A DNA stretch of 45,237 nucleotides, taken from the NCBI GenBank assembly GCA_031256895.1, contig JAIRPR010000165.1, positions 1 to 45,237 of the forward strand, given 5' to 3'. The number at the start of each line of letters is the position of its first letter. Positions within the stretch are counted from its first letter, which is position 1. The notes under the pieces were generated by a model that had not been told where the DNA came from, ran no database searches, and saw only the letters and a list, made by a program, of their open reading frames with translations. This stretch comes from Coriobacteriaceae bacterium (GTDB lineage: Bacteria > Actinomycetota > Coriobacteriia > Coriobacteriales > Eggerthellaceae). Both the position numbers and the translations under genes were made by a program. Below, in pieces: positions 31,088 through 40,000 of this stretch.

Positions 31088-34000
31088 ATGGAGGCTGACA
31101 GAACGCGGAGCCGCGGCCTGCGCCCGAGGGGCGCTCGGCCAGGGGGCCGGCTTGGGGGCAGGAAGCCCGACGAAAAGGACATGACGGGCCATAGCGCCCC
31201 GGGCAGCGCCATGGGCAGGCCTGGGACCCCGGGCAGCGCCATGGGCAGGCCCAAAGCCCCGCACGAGGCTCCCGGAAGGCGGCGGCCGGCGGCTGCCCGC
31301 AGGGCGCCGGCCTATGGGCACGGTGCCCATGGAGGACAGGCGCACAAGGCTTGCGCCCGCAAGGCGGCATGCTGCGGCACGGTGCCCGTGACAGGGAAGG
31401 GGATGGCGGCGCGCCGGCATGGCGCCCATGGAAGGGCCTGCGGCGCCCATGCCCCCTGTGGGGGCGGCCTCGCCCTGGCGCTCAGGCTCGCCCTTGCCCT
31501 GGGCGGCTTCGCCCTGGCTGCGCTCCTATGGTCCGCTCTCACGGGCTTGCTCTCGCTCGCCCTGGCCACCTTCGCCATAGGGGCATTGGGCGTCTCGCGC
31601 ATACAGGCGGCAGTGGGCGCCTTCGCGCTGGCGGGCGCCCTGGCCTTGGCGCCCCTCCTGCTCCATGCGGTGTTCCTGGCCGCCATGCGCGGCTACCGCG
31701 GCGGCGCCTGGGCCCAGGCGCGCGGATGGGCGCATCGGGCGGGGGCGTCGCTTGCGCGCTTCTACCCCCGCGTGCTGGCCCGCCTGGCCTGCTGCCTGGC
31801 TGCGGGTGGCTGCATCACCCTGGGGACGGGCACGCTGCCGCTGCCCTGGCCGTTGCAGGCGGCCGGGTGCGCCCTGCTGGCCGCGACGGGCGTAGCAGCC
31901 CTCGTCCTGGTCGGGAGGCTCTACCTAAGGCCCGGTGCGCGCCCAGGCCCAGGCGGCGGCGTGCGCCTCCCCGCACGCCCGAGGACGGCTGCCGCAACGG
32001 GGGGCGCGCCCGGCCGGGCGGTGCGCGCACTGCTCTCGGTCGCGCTCGCCGCAAGCCTGCTGCCGTCCGGCCTGCCGTCCCGGGCGCCGGGCGCCGGGGC
32101 TGTAGCCGCCGTGCCACAGGCCCAGGCGCCGGCGGCAGCCCCCTTGGCGCCCGCAGGGCGGCCTGCGGCTCCCAACTCCTACGAACCCTCGGGCAGCGGG
32201 GACGGGCAGGGGGGCATGCCTGCCGTGGCGCCTGCCGCCATCGCCGCGCCCGAGGCGCCGCAGGGCGCTTTGGCAGAGGTCGCCCACGACCGCTACTCGC
32301 GGACCTACCTCAACCGCGACGGCACCTACACCACCCGGGTGCAGTCGGAGCCCCTGACCTTCACCGACGTCGACGGCGTGGAGCGCGACATCGACAACAC
32401 CCTGGTTCTGAGGGACGGCGCCTACACGAACAGGGCGAACGGCTTCTCGGTGACGCTCCCTTCGGAGGGGGGCGCCGTCACGGTTGAGAAGGACGGCCTC
32501 ACCCTGGCCGCACGCCCGCTCTTCGCCACGCTCAAGGGCGCCTTCGCCCAGGGCAGCGCCGTGCGCTACAACGGCGCGGCACCGGGCATCGACCTCGAGT
32601 ACCGCGTCTGCGGGGGCTCGCTCAAGGAGGACGTCGTGCTTGCCATGCCGACCGGCCTGGAGGCCTTCGAGTACGTCCTGGAGGCCCCGGGGGCGGCCTT
32701 CTTCGCCGAGGCCGGAAGGGTGCTCGTCTTCCACGGCGGCAGCCTGGGCCCTGACGGGCGGCCCCTTGCGGGCGCGGAGCCGGCCCTCGCCATAGACGCG
32801 CCCCTGATGCGGGACGCACAGGGGCAGGCCTCCACGGCCATTGTCCTGGAGCTTCGGGAGGCCCCGGCGGGCGCTGCGGAAGACGGAGCCCAGGCGCCCG
32901 GCGGTGCGGCCGACGCGCAGGGCGCAGCCGCGGCAGCCGCCCCGGAAGGCGGGCAAGCCGGCGCCCCGGCCGCTGCCGCAGGCGGGGCGGCCGCCTCCAT
33001 CGGCACCGCCATCTGCGGCCCCGTGGGGGCCCCAGGCCCCCTGCCCGGCACGCCTGGGGGCGGCGCCGTCGTGCCCTGTGCCTACCGGGACGCCGCCCTT
33101 TTGCGCATAGCGCCCGACCGGGAATGGCTCATGGCGCCGGGGCGCGCCTACCCCGTGACCATCGACCCCTCCCATGCGCTCGCCGGAGGGAGCATCTCGC
33201 AAGGGGTCGTCCAGGCCTTCGCGGGCTGGTCGTCGGGGCCTGACCTCGAGCACAGCGTGCCGTACCTCTACGTGGGCCTCGAGGACGGCAGCCTCGTGGG
33301 CACGCCAGGCGTCACCTACGGGCAGTCCTGGTCGTACGTGAGGATAAACGACGTCGCCCCCTATGTCGCCGGCCTGCCCGACCGGGCTGTCCTGTCGGCC
33401 ACGCTGGCGGCGTACAAGTACGCAGGCGCCCCCGGCAGCGCCGGCGCCATGGTGGACGCGAGGATGGTGTGCGCACCGTGGGGGGGCGACGGGCGGCACA
33501 CCTGGAACAACCGCCCGGCCGGGCCGGGAGGCCTCGCCTACCTCGACAGCCAGGCCGTGCCCCAGGGCAAGGGGTGGATGCGCTTCGACGTCACCGACGC
33601 CTTCAAGGAATGGCGGCGCGACCCTGCGGCGAACCGGGGCGTCATGCTGACGCCCCGCAGCGAGGCGCAGCCTGCCGTGTGCCTCTCGGGCACGGGCAAC
33701 GCCCATGGGGCGCAGGCACTCTACATCGACCTCTCATGGACGGTGCCGGGGCCGGTCGACGAGGGGATGGCCCTTGCCGCCCCGCAGGTGGCCCTGCGCC
33801 CCTTGGCCGACAAGGGCCCCGCCCCCGCCCAGGCCTTCGCCGGCCTGTTCGCCGACGGCCTCGTCCGTCCGGCGCTCAGGGTGGACTACGTTCTCGAGCG
33901 CCTGCCCGCAGGGCCGGGCGGCACGGGCGCGCCTGCGCTTGCCGTGGCGCAGGGCGCCTACCCCAAGGCCGAGTACGAGCCCCTCTATCCGGACTCGGAC

Positions 34001-37000
34001 CCCTTCTTGGGCGAGGCGCCCTTCACGCTGGGCTACCACGGCCTGTCCGAGTCCAACTGGCAGACAGGCCTCTTCCCCGCAGCCCTGATAGGCCTCGACA
34101 CGTGTTACCGGGTGCGGGCCCGGGGCGTCCGCGTGCCGGACGCGTGGGCGAACCCTGGAGGCACTGCCGAGGAGACCCCCTGGGGCGCCTCCGACGCGTT
34201 CCTGGTCTACCGGGTGCGCGAGCAGGACGCCATCCCCTACCTGGCCGCTCACTACGGGGTGCCCCTCGCCACGGTCGCTGCCGACAACCGCTTGGGCGAC
34301 AGCCTGGCCATGCCGGGCGACACCCTCTTCATCAGGGGCCCCCGCACAGACGCCCCCTACACCCGCCCCTTCGAGCCGACGCTGGAGCACAGGCGGGCCA
34401 TAGTCTATGCCAACATGGGGCGCTCGCAGACGTCCGAGTTCGACATGGAGCCGGTGAACATGTGCACCGGGAACTTCTACCTGGAGCAGACGGACGCGGC
34501 CTCGCTCGACTACGGGCGCGAGTTCCGCATCGCCCGGTCCTACAACGCGCTCGCGCCCCAGGCGGCTGGGCCTTTCGGCAGGGGCTGGTCCAGCGTGCTC
34601 ACGCAGTCGCTCACCGCCCGGGCGGACGGGGGCGTGGCCTACACGGGCGAGGACGGGCGCCTGGTGATGCTCACGCCCCAGGAAGGGGGTTGGGCAGGCC
34701 CCGACGGCAGCGGCTACGTCCTTGAGAGCCACGGGGGCGCGGGCACGGTGCCCGGAGGGGACGGCGCGGACGGCACGGGCACGGGCGGGGCGGGAGCCGG
34801 GTCGGGAGGGTCGGGCACTGGCACGGGTGGGGCGGGCGCCTACACCTTGGAAAGGCCCGACGGCATCACGCTCACCTTCGATGCCTGGGGCATGCTGGCG
34901 GCCGTCACGGACCTGCACGGCCTTGCCGCCACGCTGGACCGCGACCAGGACTCCCGCCTGGTCAGGGTCACAAGCCCCGCAGGGCGCGTGTTCGGGGTCG
35001 GCACCGACGCCTCCGGCCGCATCAGCCGCATCGACCTGCCCGACGGCGCTGCCCTTCGCTATTCCTATGACGAGCAGGGGTACCTCGTCTCTGCCACCGA
35101 TGCGGACGGGGCCACCGTGCGCTACGAGTACGACGGGAATGGGCAGATGAGCGCCTGGTACGACGGCACCGGTGCCCGCGTCGCCGCCAACGCCTACGAC
35201 GGGCAGGGCAGGGTGGTCGCGCAGACGGACGCCCTGGGCAGCACCTCGACGGTCGCCTACGGGGAAGGCGTCACCGTGCTGACTGGCGCAGACGGCTCCG
35301 AGACGGCCTATGGGTACGACGGGCTCTTGCGGGCGACCTCCGTCACGCGCGGGGGGGCTGCCGTCCACAAGTCCTACGACGCGCAGGGGAGGCTCTCCTC
35401 TGAGACGGACGCCCTGGGCCGGACGGCTGCGTACTCCTACGACGAGGGCGGCAGGCTCGTCCGCGTGACGCGCGCGGACGGCTCGTTCCAAGAGGCGGCC
35501 TATGACGGGCGCGGCCTGCCCCTTAGGGTGCGCGGCCTCGACGGCGCCGTGACAGAGAACGCCTACGACGACGACGGCTGCCTCGTGGCCGTCACCTATG
35601 CCGACGGCGCCTCCCGGGGCTTTTCCTACGACGCGCTCGGCCGCGTGGCGTCGATGACCGACGAGGAGGGCGCGACCACCACGTTCGCCTACGATGGCAC
35701 GGCCTCCCTCACGGTGAGGGATCCCCTGGGCAACGAGACGGTGTGCCACTACGACGCGATGGGCCGCCTGGTCACCGAGACCGGCCCCACTGGCCTTGAG
35801 CGCCGCACCTCCCACACCCCGGGCGGGAGGGTCGCGGGCATCGGGGGGAGCGGCGGGGCGTCGGCGTCGTACACCTACGATGCCGCCGGGAGGTGCATCG
35901 CGGCGACCGACGCGCGGGGCACGGCCACCACCTGCAGCTATGATGCCGCGGGAAGGCCCGTCCTGGTCACGGGGCCGCTCGGCCAGAGGATTGCCTACAC
36001 CTATGACGCCTGCGGGAACAAGGCGTCCGAGGCCGACGCCCTGGGCAACACCACCCGCTACTCCTACGACGCGTTCGGCCGCCCGGTCGCCGTGACCGAC
36101 GCCCTGGGCGCCACCGAGGCCTTCGCCTACGACGCGGCAGGAAGGGTGTCCTGGTCGGCCGACAAGGCAGGCAACGTCACGACCTACGGGTACGGCCCCA
36201 CCTCGGACGTGCCCGAGCGCGAGGAGGGGCCCCAGGGCGTCACAGAGCGCACCTTCGACGCCGAGGGGCGCGCCGTGCACGTCCGGCTGCCCGACGGCAG
36301 CGCCCACAGCTACGCCTACGACGCGCGCGGGCGGCTCGTGTCCGACACCGACCAGGCGGGGCTTGCCATAAGCTACGCCTACGACCGGGCAGGCAGGCTC
36401 ACGGCGGCGTCCGACAGCGCGGGAAGGTCCTTCTCCTTCGCCTACGACGCGGCCGGCCGCCTCACCGCCATGGGCGACCCCTTGGGGCGCCGGAGCGCCT
36501 ATGCATACGACGGCGCCGGGCGCCTCGCCACGGCCACGGCGCCCGGCGGCCTGGTGACCGCCTACGCCTACGACGCGGAAGGCAGGCTGGCGTCGGTCAC
36601 CCGCCCCGACGGCACAACGGAGTCCTACGCCTACGACGCGGCGGGCGCCCTTGCCTCAGCCACGGACGCCGCCGGCAACACCACCCTGTTCCACTACGAT
36701 GCCGCAGGCGCCCTTGCCGCGACGGTCGACGCCCTGGGCACCACGACCACCTACGCCTACGACGAGAGGGGGCTGCCAGTCCTGGTGAGGGGCCCCTTGC
36801 AGGAGGCGACCGCCTTTGCCTACGACGCGCTCGGGCGCCCGGTGGCCGTGACCGACGCGCTCGGCAACACCACGCAGGCCTGCTACGACGCACGGGGGCT
36901 CGTCGTCAAGGTGACGGCCGCGGACGGCACGTGGCAGTCATACGGCTACGACGCCGCAGGGCGCCTCGTCCAGGCAGAGGACGGGGCGGGCCTCCTGGCA

Positions 37001-40000
37001 AGGCACTCCTACGACGGGCTCGGCAGGCTCGTGCGCACGGAGGGCCCGCAAGGCCTCCTGGCCGCCTACGCCCACGACCCCTACGGGCGCACCGTCTCGG
37101 AGACCGACGCGCTCGGCAGGAGGAGGGAGCTCTCCTACGACGCCTGGGGCGGCCTTGTGGAGGAGGTCGGCTTCAACGGGGATCGGACGTCCTACGGGCG
37201 CGACCTTTTGGGGCGCGTCGTGCATGTGTCGAGCAGCACAGGCCCGGCCTTCAGCTACGCCTACGACGAGGCGGGCAACCCCTCCGAGCGCACCGACGCC
37301 TCCGGGCGCCGCGAGTCGTTCAGCCATGACGCGCTCGGGCGCGTTGTGCGGGCGGTAGACGCGGCAGGGCAGGAGCGCACCTTCGCCTACGACGCGGTAG
37401 GCAACCCCGTCCTGGAGGCCGACCAGCTGGGCGCCGTGTGGCAGGCGGGCTACGACGCGGCCGGCCGCCTCGTGTCATGGACGGATGGAGAGGGCGCGTC
37501 CACCGCCTATTCCTACGACCTTTCAGGCAACCTGACGGCAGTGACCGACCCGGAGGGGGGCACGTGGGGGTATAGCTACGACGCGCTCGGGCGCCTCGTG
37601 CAGAGCACCGACCCCTTGGGGCGTGCGACCTCCTTCGCCTACGACGCGCTCGGGCGCACGGCGGCGGTGGAAAGCCCCGCAGGCGGCGTGACCTCCTTCG
37701 CCTACGATGGCCGCGGCAACCCCGTCAAGGAGACGGACCCCCTGGGCTACGTGACCGCCCGGGCATACTCTCCCGAGGGCTGGCTCTTGTCGGCCACGCT
37801 GCCGGGCGGGCTCGTGCAGGGCTACGAGCACGACCGGATAGGGCGCGTGACCCGTGAGTACGACAACGCGGGGCGGTCGGCCTCCTACACCTATGACGCA
37901 CGGGGCGACCTGGTACGGGTGGCCGACCAGGACGGCGCGACGGCCTCCTTCGCCTACGACCGGGCCCACCGGCCTGTCGTGCAGACGGGCCCCGGGGGCG
38001 CGCGCACCCTGTACTCCTACGACGAGAGGGGCAACCTGGCCGCCGCCGCGCTGCCGGGCGGCGCCCGCTACGCCTACACCTACGATGCGCTCGACAGGCC
38101 GGTGACAGGCACCAACGGCATCGACGCGCCCTTCACCTTCTCCTACGGCGCACGGGGCGGCCTGGCCTCGGCCGCACAGGGGGAGCTGTCGTGGTCCTGG
38201 TCCTACGACAAGGCGTCGAGGCTGACGGGCGCCACAGCGCCCGGCGGGGCGTCCGAGGCGTGGGAGTACGACGGCCGCGGCCTGCCCGTCTCCCACACCG
38301 GGAGGGACGGGGCGGCCATGCGCTACACCTACGACGCCGCGCGCCAGCTGACGGGCGCGACCGACGCCCTGGGCAACGCGAGGACATGGTCCTATGACGC
38401 GGGCGGCAACCTGGCTAGCGCCACCGACGCGCTGGGCAACACGACCGCTTACTCCTATGACCTGCGGGGCAGCCTGGTGCAGGTGCGCGACCCCCTGGGG
38501 CGCACCAGCGAGTACGCCTGCGACGCGATGGGCAACACCGTGTCGGCGCGCCGCTTCGCCGCCGAGGGCGCGCCTGCCGCGCCTGCCGCTGGGCAGGGCC
38601 TAGGCCAGGGCATGGGCTGGTCCTACGGCTACGACCTCCATGGCAACCTCGTGGCGGCCACGTCCCCGACGGGCGGCACCGAGCGCTTCACCTACGACGC
38701 CGCCTCCCGCCTGATAGGCGCGACAGCCCCTTCCGGGAGGTCCGTGTCCTACCGCTACGACAGGGCGGGGCGGCTTGCCGGGAAGGGCTACAGCGACGGC
38801 AGCACGCCCGTCGCCTACTCCTACGACCAGGCAGGGAACCGGGTGGCGATGGAGGACGCCACAGGGGCGAGCTCCTATGCCTACGACGCCCTCGGCCGTC
38901 CGGCCTCCCTCACGCAGGCGGACGGGCGGTCCTTGGCCTATGCCTACGATGCCTACGGGCGCCTGGCCAGCGTCGCCTACCCTGGCGGCAAGGAGGTCTC
39001 CTACGCCTACGGCCAGGACGGCTCCATCTCGGCGGTGGGCGACTCGCAGCTGGGCGAGACCCGCTACTCCTATGACGCGGCAGGCAGAATGGCCGGCTGC
39101 GAGCGCCCCGACGGGACGGCCACCTCCTACACCTACGACGCCCTCGGGCGCCTGGAGCGGCTTGTGAACACGCGCGGCGGCGTGCTGCTCTCTTCCTTCG
39201 CCTACACCTACGACGCCGAGGGGCGCATCGCCACAGAGGGCTCCTGGCAGGCGCCCGCCCAAGGCGCCGGCGCCCCCAGGGCCGCTGTGCGCAGCTTCTC
39301 CTACGACGCGGCAGGGCAGCTCTCCGGCTGCACCGAGGACGTGGGGGGCGACCGTTCCACGACCTCCTATGCCTACGACGCCATGGGCAACCGCGTGTCG
39401 GAGACGGTCGAGGCGGGCGGGACGGCCACAAGGGTCGAGAGCTCCTACGACGCGCAGGGGCGCCTGGTGCGCCAGCACGATAGCGGGAGCGGCGCCGCCA
39501 CCTCCTTCGAGTGGGACGCCGACGGCAACCTCGTGGCCAAGCGCCGCGGGGGCGGGGGCGCGGCCGCGGCGGCCACGGGCTACCTCTACGACGCCGAGGG
39601 CCGGCTTGTGGCCGTGAGCCGGGACGGGGCGCTTGTCATGGCCGCCGCCTACGACGGCGACGGCAACCGGGTGCTCCAGGCCTACCGGCAGCCGGCGCCT
39701 CTCGGCGGCGCCCCCGGGCTGCCGACGACGCCGGCGCCCCTGCCCCTGCCCGCGCTCGGGACGGCTGCGGAGCAGCCCCCTGCGGCAAATGCCGGCCGCA
39801 CGCAAGCACAGGGCTTCGCCGGCCATGCCTTCGAGTACGGCATGGGGCTTGGCCTGGCAAGCCTTGCCTGCGCCCCCGCCCTGTCGTTCGCCCCCTTGGC
39901 CCAGCACCTCTTCACGGAGGCCTTCAACGCATGCGCCGCGTTCTGGGGCGACTGGCAGCGCGGCGCCGCGCCCGCAGGCCCAGGCGGCGAGGCCGGCCCG

